Shown in pieces: positions 52,626 to 62,240 of a DNA stretch of 64,000 nucleotides. Below the pieces are notes generated by a model that was given only the letters and a program-made list of their open reading frames with translations, ran no database searches and was not told the origin of the DNA. Source of the DNA: Escherichia phage APCEc01; the sequence record NC_029091.1; one strand, 5' to 3'. A program made the position numbers and the translations under genes. How positions within the stretch are numbered: the first letter of the stretch is position 1; every line of letters begins with the position of its first letter.

Positions 52626-52632
52626 TATAAAT
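52625..52632 (+). promoter_or_regulatory. late-promoter-like TATAAATA upstream of rIII
   Basis: TATAAATA directly after the gp31 stop. Confidence 0.4.
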
Positions 52633-52749
52633 AACTATATGAAGAGAACACTCTTCTAAGCGGTAGCCTACAACTGAGAGACTTGTCGAAAGAAGGTGAA
52701 ATTCAGACGAACGTGGCTACTAAATATTATCTCGAATTGAGAATTTAAA

Positions 52750-52998
52750 ATGATTAAACAATTACAACACGCTCTTGAACTGCAACGAAACGCATGGAAT
52801 AACGGTCACGAAAACTACGGCGCGTCGATTGATGTTGAAGCCGAAGCACTGGAAATCCTGCATTATTTCAAACATCTGAACCCGGTACAGGCAGCTTTGG
52901 CTTCTGAACTGGAAGCAAAAGATGAACTGAAATATGCTAAGCCTTTGGCTTCTGCAGCTCGTAAAGCAGTACGTCATTTTGTTATTACCCTTAAATAA
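52750..52998 (+). CDS. rIII: rIII lysis-inhibition accessory protein
   Basis: 82 aa, same as T4 RIII; position after gene 31. Confidence 0.8.
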   Translation: MIKQLQHALELQRNAWNNGHENYGASIDVEAEALEILHYFKHLNPVQAALASELEAKDELKYAKPLASAARKAVRHFVITLK

Positions 52999-53295
52999 GT
53001 TTTAGGTGATTCGCTACCTTAAGTGCGGCTAGAAAATCGAGGAGCCGTCGAACTGTCTGATTAATGATTTGCGAATCATTATAGTTTTAAGGCCCCGGCA
53101 GTTTTACGGTGTACCTCTTGAATGTATTTTGTACTATCACGCGTCAGAAAAAGGTTATCTGTCTAAGTCGTGGTTGGTATGATGACGGGTTTATGGTTAT
53201 CCTGTCGGTAAATATTCAAAACCTAAGTACCCCTTTGAGGGCTTTCGCAGGCAATGCCAATAAGTCCTGCATTTTCATTTAAAAGAGAATTTATA

Positions 53296-53472
53296 ATGGC
53301 AAAACAAGTTAAAGCAAAGAAAGCAGTTGAAAAGAAAGTTGGTGATTCTAAACGCGCTGGCTACAAGCGTGGGTCGAACTCTCGTATCAATCAAACTGTT
53401 GAGAAGATCATGCGCCGAGCACGTGCGGTTCTTCGAGATGATGCTTCTCGTTTTGGAAAGGTTGTTGCATAA
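53296..53472 (+). CDS. hypothetical basic small protein
   Basis: 58 aa from ATG 53296 (the track ATG at 53254 has no RBS); Lys/Arg-rich. Confidence 0.4.
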   Translation: MAKQVKAKKAVEKKVGDSKRAGYKRGSNSRINQTVEKIMRRARAVLRDDASRFGKVVA

Positions 53473-53477
53473 TTTTA

Positions 53478-53499
53478 GGGAGACTTCGGTCTCCCTTTT
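53478..53499 (+). terminator. rho-independent terminator
   Basis: GGGAGACTTCGGTCTCCC plus TTTT; identical to the hairpin at 38467. Confidence 0.75.
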
Positions 53500-53602
53500 G
53501 TGCGTTTAGGGCGGAAAAAGTTTAAAAAGATGTTTACTCTCCTGTAGGATGTGTTACTATAGACTTGTACCACCTAATCAATAAAACAACCTGGAGAACA
53601 AA

Positions 53603-53971
53603 ATGAAAATCAATCTGAACTCATACATCAAATGTAAAGACCATGATGGTTATAAAGCTATCGAAATTAAAGAATTCCAGTGGATGTTATACAAAGAGCA
53701 ATTTGAGTTCGTAGGTTGTATGACCCCTGAAGGTCCTTCTGATGATTTCTCTTGGAAAATTGTGTTAGCAAACTTTTTCACAGGTGACACATACGAATTA
53801 AAAACTATTATTACCGGTAAAATTCGTTCAGAAACATATGTTGACGAAGAAACTGGTTACTCTGAAGATGTTACATGGTATCAAAATGGACGCATTACCG
53901 CAGATAACCTGATCGAAAAAATGAAAGCCAAAGGTGTTTTAAATTTAGACAATTGGATTAAAGTTGCATAA
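53603..53971 (+). CDS. hypothetical protein
   Basis: 122 aa. Confidence 0.5.
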   Translation: MKINLNSYIKCKDHDGYKAIEIKEFQWMLYKEQFEFVGCMTPEGPSDDFSWKIVLANFFTGDTYELKTIITGKIRSETYVDEETGYSEDVTWYQNGRITADNLIEKMKAKGVLNLDNWIKVA

Positions 53972-54045
53972 AACAGTTTACTTTGGTACAGGTTATGTTA
54001 TTATAGACCTGTACCAACAAACAACTTAAACATCTGGAGAATAAA

Positions 54046-54411
54046 ATGAACTACACCAACTTCGAACGTAAATATGTTTCTAACGGTATTGCTGGTTCTT
54101 CTGAAGTTATTTGCTTATGGAAACACGAAAACGGTACAGTTTGTGAAATCGAACAGTGCATGACTCCTAATTACGTTTATATGCGATTTGAAAATGGTAT
54201 CACGGTTTCAATCACGATGGAAGGTTCAAATTTTAAAATTGCATTAGATGATGATTTCCGTCAGCGTGATTTAGGTACTCATCCTTGCTGGAATGGTGTT
54301 AATCGTAAACTTCTGGTTAAAACTTGGATTCGTCATATCCTGAGTAACCGAGCTAAACCTGAACATCTTGAAGCAATCTTTGATGTAGTTCTTAACGAAT
54401 TTGATATCTAA
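54046..54411 (+). CDS. hypothetical protein
   Basis: 121 aa. Confidence 0.5.
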   Translation: MNYTNFERKYVSNGIAGSSEVICLWKHENGTVCEIEQCMTPNYVYMRFENGITVSITMEGSNFKIALDDDFRQRDLGTHPCWNGVNRKLLVKTWIRHILSNRAKPEHLEAIFDVVLNEFDI

Positions 54412-54446
54412 ATTAATTGGGAGCCGAAGCTCCCACTGAGGAAATT

Positions 54447-55061
54447 ATGTTTAAAGTTAATACTTTTTATAAAATGAATTTTAAAAATGGGGATATTACT
54501 CCACACCTTAAAAACATGTTCTCATATGACCTTATTGAGCCTTTTGAAGTTTTAGAAGTTACTGATGCCGGCTCAGTTTGTGAAATTAGAACTTCTGAAG
54601 GTAAAATTTATCAGGCCGGTGTTGGTAAATTCAGTAATTGTTTTACTTTAATATTCTCGACCGATTTAGATGAGCATTTTATTGAATGTCCTAACCCTAA
54701 GGTCTATGAAGTTCCACATCAAGAAACTAAGAAAAATGGACCGCACGAATATACGAAGGTTGAAACTCCTCACGGCGTGATGTGGCGACATAACTCTCCT
54801 TTTGGAAGTAAAGGAACATTTGCTCAACTGGCTAAGCCCTACGACGATGAAAAATATGTAGTAGTCCTTTTATCTGAACAGGGTACTCAAGACCGTGGAT
54901 GCCAGCGTTCTGGTTTATTGAGTGAACTCGAAGCTCATAACCTAGCACGTGAATTCGTTGAGAAAAATCCTGGTTCTGAAGCTCTAGTCATGAAAGCAAT
55001 TACTCAATATATCACTGCTCAACCTGTTGTTCATCCGGTAGAAATTAATTTCATTAAGTAG
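54447..55061 (+). CDS. hypothetical protein
   Basis: 204 aa from ATG 54447 (track start 54417 is TTG inside a hairpin). Confidence 0.5.
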   Translation: MFKVNTFYKMNFKNGDITPHLKNMFSYDLIEPFEVLEVTDAGSVCEIRTSEGKIYQAGVGKFSNCFTLIFSTDLDEHFIECPNPKVYEVPHQETKKNGPHEYTKVETPHGVMWRHNSPFGSKGTFAQLAKPYDDEKYVVVLLSEQGTQDRGCQRSGLLSELEAHNLAREFVEKNPGSEALVMKAITQYITAQPVVHPVEINFIK

Positions 55062-55115
55062 TGTACATCCAAGGACGGATTAGAGTATAATGATTTCTTT
55101 AGTAAGTGGAAAAAT

Positions 55116-55313
55116 ATGAAATTTTTAATAGCACAAACAGTCCAATTAAAAGGTGTTGGAATCCCTGGGATGATTTTTAAAGTTCTCAACGAATTTAAAA
55201 CTGCCGCTGGAATTATCAATGAAGCGTATGCTGTTCAATGGGTTGATGGGACTTCTGACATACGTATGGGTAAAGAGTTATCTCCTATTAAAGGGTTGAA
55301 ACATGTTGAATAA
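55116..55313 (+). CDS. hypothetical protein
   Basis: 65 aa. Confidence 0.45.
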   Translation: MKFLIAQTVQLKGVGIPGMIFKVLNEFKTAAGIINEAYAVQWVDGTSDIRMGKELSPIKGLKHVE

Positions 55314-55521
55314 ATTAATCCAGAAATTGTTTGGTACGGAAATGATTGAAGTTACTTATCGTGTAACCGACGTTTTTCCATATTACGCGGAAAACCGTTT
55401 AGAACCATACGTTACGTCAATTAAAATGCCTAAAAATGACAGAAATTTATCTATCGAAGACCGTATACCTGGATACGGACATTGGGCTGATGTTGAAATT
55501 ATAAGTGTTAAAGATGTCTGA
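55303..55521 (+). CDS. hypothetical protein
   Basis: 72 aa. Confidence 0.45.
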   Translation: MLNKLIQKLFGTEMIEVTYRVTDVFPYYAENRLEPYVTSIKMPKNDRNLSIEDRIPGYGHWADVEIISVKDV

Positions 55522-55972
55522 ATTAGAAATAAGAAGTAATTTCAAATGGCCGTCATGTGCATTAAGTAACTTTGCTCAATGGCCTTTTGTTATGGATGGT
55601 ATTCAATTCGGAGGTCTTGAAGGATTTCTCCAAGGATGTAAGGTGAAAAATGTTGAACAACAAAGACGTATATTTGGGTTGTCTGGATTGGCTGCACAGC
55701 AAGCTGGAAGGTCTTACGCAAGAGCTCAGGACCGTGGGACTCTCTTCTGGTTAGGAGTTCCATTTTCAAGATACTCCGAAGCGTGGAAAGAATTATACAC
55801 AAATGCATATTTTGAAGCCGCGATCCAAAACAAGGGGTTTCGTGATGCCTTACAAGCCTCTAAAGGAAAAATTTTGAAGCACAGCATGGCCAGCCACCTA
55901 ACAAAAGATGATACAATACTAACTGAAGATGAATTTATTGACGTGTTAAACCTATTAAGAGACTCTTTATGA
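55514..55972 (+). CDS. NADAR-domain protein (YbiA-like)
   Basis: 152 aa; LSNFAQWPFVMDGIQFGGLEGFLQGCKV aligns with E. coli YbiA FSNFAAWPIKVDGKTWPTSEHYFQAQKF. Confidence 0.6.
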   Translation: MSELEIRSNFKWPSCALSNFAQWPFVMDGIQFGGLEGFLQGCKVKNVEQQRRIFGLSGLAAQQAGRSYARAQDRGTLFWLGVPFSRYSEAWKELYTNAYFEAAIQNKGFRDALQASKGKILKHSMASHLTKDDTILTEDEFIDVLNLLRDSL

Positions 55973-56793
55973 AGCCTACTATTTTGACTGATATTGATGG
56001 TGTATGTTTAAGCTGGCAATCTGGACTTCCTTATTTTGCCCAAAAATATAACCTTCCATTAGAACATATTTTAAAAATGATTCAGGACGAAAAATTTATT
56101 TCTCCTGGTAAACTGTTCAATACCGACGATAACCTTGGTAAACAATTAATAGAAAAATATAATAGCTCTGATTTTATTCGTTACTTAGCGCCTTATTCTG
56201 ATGCTCTTCGAGTTATCAATAAACTAAAAGAAGACTATAATTTTGTAGCCGTGACGGCGCTAGGTGATTCAATTGATGCTCGATTGAATAGACAATTTAA
56301 TTTGAATGCTTTGTTCCCAGGCGCTTTCTCTGAAGTAATGATGTGTGGTCATGATTCTTCAAAGGAACAATTATTCGAACTAGCTAAAACAAAATATAAC
56401 GTAATTTGTTACGTTGACGATTTAGCTCATCATTGTGACCATGCGGCAGAAATTCTTAATGTACCGATTTATTGGTTGGCTCGTGGTGAACGTGATGCCA
56501 TTCCTCGTACTGCACAACGTGTACACACGTGGGATGATATTGAATCTCGTTTGGTTCTGCCTAAGAATAATTCAGATTCAGATCGTGAAGACCTTTTAAA
56601 ACGATTGGCGGATTTGCTTAAAGAATCTGGTGCAACAAGTCCAGGTGCATGGCCCAATCAAATTGGTGGCCCCTCGACAACACGTACTCCATATACCTGG
56701 CGAACCCAAGGACCAACTGATATGCAGCCGTGGTGGACGATTCAAAACTTTCCTTTAGATTCGTCTAAATGGACTTGGTCTATAAATTGTTAA
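55969..56793 (+). CDS. HAD-superfamily phosphatase, 5'(3')-deoxyribonucleotidase-like, with unusual C-terminal extension
   Basis: 274 aa; motif I ILTDIDGV and motif IV YVDD; C-terminal roughly 85 aa are Trp/Pro/Thr-rich; ATGA coupled to the NADAR gene. Confidence 0.55.
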   Translation: MKPTILTDIDGVCLSWQSGLPYFAQKYNLPLEHILKMIQDEKFISPGKLFNTDDNLGKQLIEKYNSSDFIRYLAPYSDALRVINKLKEDYNFVAVTALGDSIDARLNRQFNLNALFPGAFSEVMMCGHDSSKEQLFELAKTKYNVICYVDDLAHHCDHAAEILNVPIYWLARGERDAIPRTAQRVHTWDDIESRLVLPKNNSDSDREDLLKRLADLLKESGATSPGAWPNQIGGPSTTRTPYTWRTQGPTDMQPWWTIQNFPLDSSKWTWSINC

Positions 56794-56802
56794 GGGTTAA
56801 TT

Positions 56803-57072
56803 ATGTTTGTAGTTCATGATATTACAGATGGCAAAAATACCACACGTGACTACGGTCACGTTAACATGTTCTTTCGAGACTGGCCATTGTTTCGTTCAGT
56901 AAAAGACGCAGAAATATTTAAAGAGTGTGTTGAACAAGGGTTCATCTACATTTCAGAATACTATGTTGAAGGACTCGGTAAATGGATTACAACTTATCAG
57001 AAAACGCTGAAATCGCTTCTAGATGAAGTGGCTTATAATAGAACCGTAACCAAAATCGAGGACATCAAATGA
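56803..57072 (+). CDS. hypothetical protein
   Basis: 89 aa. Confidence 0.45.
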   Translation: MFVVHDITDGKNTTRDYGHVNMFFRDWPLFRSVKDAEIFKECVEQGFIYISEYYVEGLGKWITTYQKTLKSLLDEVAYNRTVTKIEDIK

Positions 57073-58562
57073 TTTTAGATATTTTAAACCAAATAGCTGC
57101 GATCGGTTCTACTAAAACAAAACAGGAAATCCTTAAGAAAAATAAGGACAACAAATTACTTGAACGTGTGTATCGTTTAACATATGCACGTGGTATCCAG
57201 TATTATATTAAGAAATGGCCAGGACCAGGTGAAAGGTCTCAAGCGTATGGTCTTCTTGAATTAGATGACATGTTGGATTTTATTGAGTTCACATTAGCCA
57301 CTCGTAAACTCACTGGTAATGCTGCAATTAAAGAGCTCATGGGTTATATCGCTGATGGTAAACCTGATGATGTAGAAGTCCTTCGTCGTGTAATGATGCG
57401 CGACCTTGAAGTAGGTGCTTCAGTGTCTATCGCGAATAAGGTGTGGCCTGGACTTATTCAATTGCAACCACAGATGTTAGCATCTGCATATGACGAGAAA
57501 TTGATTACTAAAAATATTAAATGGCCCGCATTTGCCCAATTAAAAGCAGATGGTGCTCGTTGTTTCGCTGAAGTTCGCGATGATGGTGTTCAATTCTTTT
57601 CTCGTGCCGGCAATGAATATCATGGTCTTACTCTATTAGCGGATGAACTAATGGAAATGACTAAAGAAGCTCGTGAAAGACACCCTAATGGGGTTTTAAT
57701 CGACGGTGAATTAGTTTACCATTCATTTGATATTAAAAAGGCTGTGAGCTCAGGAAATGACCTGTCGTTCTTATTTGGTGATAATGAAGAATCCGAAGAA
57801 GTACAAGTTGCGGACCGTAGCACTTCAAACGGTTTAGCAAATAAATCTCTTCAAGGGACTATTTCTCCTAAAGAAGCTGAAGGTATGGTTCTTCAAGCCT
57901 GGGACTATGTTCCTTTAGATGAAGTCTATTCTGATGGCAAAATTAAAGGTCAGAAATACGATGTTCGTTTTGCTGCTCTTGAAAATATGGCTGAAGGCTT
58001 TAAACGAATTGAGCCAATTGAAAATCAGTTAGTTCGTAATCTTGACGAAGCTAAAGTGGTTTATAAAAAATATGTTGACCAAGGTCTTGAAGGTATTATC
58101 CTTAAAAACCGTGATTCGTATTGGGAAAACAAACGTTCTAAGAACCTAATTAAATTTAAAGAAGTTATTGATATCGCTTTAGAAGTTGTAGGATACTATG
58201 AACACTCTAAAGACCCTAACAAATTAGGTGGTGTCGAACTCGTATCACGTTGTCGTCGTATTACAACCGATTGCGGTTCAGGTTTTAAAGATACAACTCA
58301 TAAAACAGTTGACGGTGTAAAGGTTCTTATTCCTTTAGACGAGCGTCATGATTTAGACCGTGAACGATTAATGACCGAAGCTCGTGAAGGTAAATTAATT
58401 GGACGTATCGCTGATTGTGAATGTAATGGTTGGGTTCATTCTAAAGGCCGTGAAGGCACTGTAGGTATTTTCCTCCCAATTATTAAAGGGTTCCGTTTTG
58501 ATAAAACAGAAGCGGATTCGTTTGAAGACGTATTTGGACCGTGGTCCCAGACAGGTTTATAA
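57069..58562 (+). CDS. 30: ATP-dependent DNA ligase
   Basis: 497 aa; size and position match T4 gp30 (487 aa); contains a ligase motif-I-like KADGAR (motif identity is my reading, not checked). Confidence 0.85.
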   Translation: MILDILNQIAAIGSTKTKQEILKKNKDNKLLERVYRLTYARGIQYYIKKWPGPGERSQAYGLLELDDMLDFIEFTLATRKLTGNAAIKELMGYIADGKPDDVEVLRRVMMRDLEVGASVSIANKVWPGLIQLQPQMLASAYDEKLITKNIKWPAFAQLKADGARCFAEVRDDGVQFFSRAGNEYHGLTLLADELMEMTKEARERHPNGVLIDGELVYHSFDIKKAVSSGNDLSFLFGDNEESEEVQVADRSTSNGLANKSLQGTISPKEAEGMVLQAWDYVPLDEVYSDGKIKGQKYDVRFAALENMAEGFKRIEPIENQLVRNLDEAKVVYKKYVDQGLEGIILKNRDSYWENKRSKNLIKFKEVIDIALEVVGYYEHSKDPNKLGGVELVSRCRRITTDCGSGFKDTTHKTVDGVKVLIPLDERHDLDRERLMTEAREGKLIGRIADCECNGWVHSKGREGTVGIFLPIIKGFRFDKTEADSFEDVFGPWSQTGL

Positions 58563-58750
58563 TGAAAGCTTATTTAGAAACAGTTATTGTAGCTAAGAAG
58601 GATGGTGGAGATGTTTCCACCTCTTGCTCTCAGATTATATTAGATTTTCCTAATAACGATTCCTATCATATTTTTATGGACAATTTCGATAAGTACGAAA
58701 AAGGCTCTAATTTTGAAGTTTATCGTACTTTGCTTCCGATTGTGGATTAA
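58562..58750 (+). CDS. hypothetical protein
   Basis: 62 aa; TAATG overlap with the ligase stop. Confidence 0.4.
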   Translation: MKAYLETVIVAKKDGGDVSTSCSQIILDFPNNDSYHIFMDNFDKYEKGSNFEVYRTLLPIVD

Positions 58751-58769
58751 GAGCCTTCGGGCTCTTTTT
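58751..58769 (+). terminator. rho-independent terminator
   Basis: GAGCCTTCGGGCTC plus TTTTT. Confidence 0.7.
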
Positions 58770-58805
58770 GGCATAAATATAAATTATTACTAAAAGGAAA
58801 ACACT

Positions 58806-60893
58806 ATGTCTGAACAATTAAATGAAGTGTTTGAATCTGAAGGCAGTCTTCCTGTCGTCAATTTGAACCCTAAAGCTAAAGTTCCACAAGTCTGGAAAAT
58901 TGGTGATATCGATACAAATATTGTAGTTCGTTTATTCTCTTACCTTTCCGAAGGCGACGCTGTAAAACAAGTTAAACTTGGCGACAAATACGCTCATGTT
59001 GTTATTATGAGTCTGTCTGAAAAGGGTAATCTCGCTGAATTGAAAAATGGCCTTGGTCCTGCTCCTATTGATGCAATCAACACCATTTTCAATACAGTAT
59101 ATGAACAAGTTAAAGCTCTTCGTATGGATGCAGTTCTGTTCCGATTCCCTACCAAGAAATTGAAAGGACGTGGACAACAGCTTCAAACTCTTCTTGCTCG
59201 TTTAGTTTCTACTAAAACCGGTGGTCGTTTTAAAGTATTGTCGGCAATGTATCAATTCACAGGTAAACACACCTATGTGATGATGGTTCGTAAAAATGCC
59301 AACATTGAAGATATTAAAGGCATCCCTAACATTAACACAGAGTTGTACACGAAAGTAGATTCTGATGTTGGCGAAGTTTATGTGAGTAAAAAGACCGGCG
59401 AAAAAGTCACCAAAGAAACGGCTATCGCTGGTTCTATTGCTGCTGTAGAAGAAAAACGTAAAGATAAGCCTGTTATTGCTCGTACTAAAATTTCTCGTCG
59501 TGCTATTGCCGCAAGCCAATCTTTAGAAGCTGACCGCCAAGAAGGTGAGTTATTCCAGAAATACGAAAATTCTGCTAAAGAAGTTAGTGGCCCGGCTACA
59601 GCCGAATTACTTCCTGAAGCATATGAAATCGTACTAGCCCAAGCATCATCCACAGCAAAAGGCACTTTAGTTGCTGATATCGAAAATAAGATTTATAATC
59701 GTATTGATGAATCCTTTAGATTTGCTGATGAAGTTTCTTATGGTAGTGTTATTAAGCCAACTTTAGAAAAGTTTGCTAAGAAAATTAAAACTGAAAAAAC
59801 AACATCTGTTAAAGCATTAGCTGCTTTTGTTGAAGCTGCAAACGAAATTGCGGACTCTATTAAAGACGAATGGTTTGAAGATTTTAGACGTGATAATTTC
59901 CAACTGGCCGACGATGTTTTAGCTGAAGTATCTGAAAAAACTTGGAAACAACGTAAATCAGCGTTCTTGTCTAATGTGATGTATACTTATGCACGAGAAT
60001 CGGCTAGAGGCACCTTTAATATAACAATGAATCGGGACCCTAAACAATACTCTGTTGCTGAAAAACGAGCTATTCGCGAATATGCCTCTTCTGCGTATAC
60101 CGATATCAATAATATGTTGTTAGGCCGTTATAAACCGGATTTTTATGATGTTGCAGATGAAGATGAAGTTAAACGCGCTATTGATGGTCTTGATTCGGCG
60201 TTTTTAAATGGAGACCGTTTACCTGAAGGACTAACGTTGTATAGAGCCCAGTCTATCAGAATGCCTATTTACGAAGCAATGGTTAAAAATAAGGTATTCT
60301 ACTTCAGAAACTATGTTTCTACTTCATTAGCTCCTATTATTTTTGGTGGGTTTAAAGAGAACGTTGCCCTTGGACTTGCTCCTGAAGAAGTTCGCAAAGA
60401 GCTTAACATTGACAATAATGACGAAGGTGTTACTATTTCTCCTAGCCTGGCACGTACCGCTATGCATGCGCCAGAACAAATTCGTGTTAATGTTGGATGG
60501 GCCATTGATGGCGCTCATAAAGTTAACGTGATTTATCCCGGACAGTTGAGTAATCACCCTAATGAGCAAGAAATTATTTTGCCTAGAGGCATTCTCTTGC
60601 AGATAAATAAAATTACAGATGCGTCATCTGACACTGGTGCAGGTTTAGAATCCAACCTTAAATTTATTCAAGCTGAAGTCATGTCCTCGGACCAGTTGGA
60701 CGAAGCTGTCATTTACGATGGTGATGTTCTCATGGAAACAGGCGAGGTAGTTGCTATGACGGGTGAAATCGAATCAGATGAGCCGGTATCTTTTGCCTCA
60801 TTTGTAGAAAAAACTAGTGCACCTAAAGGTTTGAAATTGTTAGCATCTTTAATGGATTTAGAATCAGTTCCGTTTAAATTTATCCAAGGATAG
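58806..60893 (+). CDS. alt: Alt ADP-ribosyltransferase (virion-packaged)
   Basis: 695 aa (T4 682 aa); R-S-E elements LYRAQS, YVSTSL, NEQEIILPRG; position next to gene 30. Confidence 0.8.
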   Translation: MSEQLNEVFESEGSLPVVNLNPKAKVPQVWKIGDIDTNIVVRLFSYLSEGDAVKQVKLGDKYAHVVIMSLSEKGNLAELKNGLGPAPIDAINTIFNTVYEQVKALRMDAVLFRFPTKKLKGRGQQLQTLLARLVSTKTGGRFKVLSAMYQFTGKHTYVMMVRKNANIEDIKGIPNINTELYTKVDSDVGEVYVSKKTGEKVTKETAIAGSIAAVEEKRKDKPVIARTKISRRAIAASQSLEADRQEGELFQKYENSAKEVSGPATAELLPEAYEIVLAQASSTAKGTLVADIENKIYNRIDESFRFADEVSYGSVIKPTLEKFAKKIKTEKTTSVKALAAFVEAANEIADSIKDEWFEDFRRDNFQLADDVLAEVSEKTWKQRKSAFLSNVMYTYARESARGTFNITMNRDPKQYSVAEKRAIREYASSAYTDINNMLLGRYKPDFYDVADEDEVKRAIDGLDSAFLNGDRLPEGLTLYRAQSIRMPIYEAMVKNKVFYFRNYVSTSLAPIIFGGFKENVALGLAPEEVRKELNIDNNDEGVTISPSLARTAMHAPEQIRVNVGWAIDGAHKVNVIYPGQLSNHPNEQEIILPRGILLQINKITDASSDTGAGLESNLKFIQAEVMSSDQLDEAVIYDGDVLMETGEVVAMTGEIESDEPVSFASFVEKTSAPKGLKLLASLMDLESVPFKFIQG

Positions 60894-60951
60894 TTTACAA
60901 ACACATGGATGTGTGATACTATCATCCCATCAACAACATGAGGAAAACGTT

Positions 60952-61245
60952 ATGAAATCTATGCTTCGCTTTAATGGTCAAGAACTAGTAGTTGAAGATG
61001 CTATCCCAGCGGATGATGTTTTTAACGAAGCTGTGATTGACGAATTGAATCGAGTATTCCCAGGTGCATTCCATATTGCTATGGAACCTCTTAAAAACTT
61101 TCGTGACCCTGAGCACACTGATCAAATTTTTATCGGTGTGGTGACAGGTCATTTAGAAACAGAGGTACCAATGGTCGTATTAGTTAAATACTCTAAAGAT
61201 GATACTCCATTCCGAGCACCAGCATTCCTTTCATTCCGTAAATAA
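60952..61245 (+). CDS. hypothetical protein
   Basis: 97 aa from ATG 60952 (track start 60913 is GTG in the promoter). Confidence 0.45.
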   Translation: MKSMLRFNGQELVVEDAIPADDVFNEAVIDELNRVFPGAFHIAMEPLKNFRDPEHTDQIFIGVVTGHLETEVPMVVLVKYSKDDTPFRAPAFLSFRK

Positions 61246-61254
61246 ACCCCTAAA

Positions 61255-61276
61255 GGGAGACAACGTCTCCCTTTTT
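61255..61276 (+). terminator. rho-independent terminator at the convergence of early and late units
   Basis: GGGAGACAACGTCTCCC plus TTTTT, between the alt-side ORF and the end of gene 54. Confidence 0.65.
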
Positions 61277-61277
61277 C

Positions 61278-62240
61278 TTATAGTCCTAAAACTCTTGACG
61301 CAGAATTCACCACACCTGTCAATGTGTTTATATTAGACACACCACCAGCAGTCCCACCTAATCTAGAAAGTCTTGATACTGCACTTCCTAGACCAGAATC
61401 ATTCTGATTATTTCCAAACATTCCTGAAACACTACTAATAAGTCCTGATTCCAGCCATTCTAAAGCGGCCTGTCTATTTACAGCACCTGATTGCATAACG
61501 CGATAAGCAAATGTTACATCAAAAACTGTTATCTGATTATCACCATCATACGTTAACTCAGGAGAAGAGACACTAACAGGAATACATCCTGTGAACATGA
61601 CAGCGGTATGTGGTAAACCATTTCGTGCGTGTAAATTAACCTGAATATCTGCTTCGACGTCTTGTGGTAAAGCACGAAGACCTGTTACAGGGTCTTGGAC
61701 TGAGTTTACCCAGTCTTGCATTGCTCTAAAGTTAGATGCTTCAGAATCCATTCTAAAGCTTATTACTAACGGGTCCATTTCACGGCCGGTAATTCGGATG
61801 TTCGGGGAGTTATAGTTGAAATCCGTTTCATAAGATAATCGGTTCTCAGGCATTTTTACAGAATAAATCATTAAACCTGTATTATTATATGCCATATTGA
61901 AGAAGTCTATCAGATAAGCTCCTACTGTGAACTCACCTAACAAGCTTTGTACCGTACGTTGACTCATTGCTCCAATCAGGTATTTACTTATACCTGATTT
62001 TCGAATTAATTTCTGTGTTCCTGCTGTAATCAGGGTTGTTACGCCCTGATTGATATCACCTTGAGACAATCCTAGCCAATCTGAATCCAACCCTAAGTTA
62101 TTATAAGCAAAACTACCAATTGACGAAATTAGTGAAGACGATTTGGTTGATGGTGTAGTAGCAAATACACAACTAAACATATTGTTTCGTTGGAAATCTG
62201 CATTTATAGCTTGGTTATTAAATTCTTCTAAAGAATACAT
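61278..62240 (-). CDS. 54: gp54 baseplate tail-tube initiator
   Basis: 320 aa, same as T4 gp54; position. Confidence 0.85.
   Translation of the reverse strand: MYSLEEFNNQAINADFQRNNMFSCVFATTPSTKSSSLISSIGSFAYNNLGLDSDWLGLSQGDINQGVTTLITAGTQKLIRKSGISKYLIGAMSQRTVQSLLGEFTVGAYLIDFFNMAYNNTGLMIYSVKMPENRLSYETDFNYNSPNIRITGREMDPLVISFRMDSEASNFRAMQDWVNSVQDPVTGLRALPQDVEADIQVNLHARNGLPHTAVMFTGCIPVSVSSPELTYDGDNQITVFDVTFAYRVMQSGAVNRQAALEWLESGLISSVSGMFGNNQNDSGLGSAVSRLSRLGGTAGGVSNINTLTGVVNSASRVLGL

Noticed and set aside
52999-53295. tRNA gene in the ORF-free region after rIII
   Set aside because: I could not find a cloverleaf with the conserved T-loop (GTTCRA) or D-loop features; kept only as a generic ncRNA/regulatory candidate in the findings.
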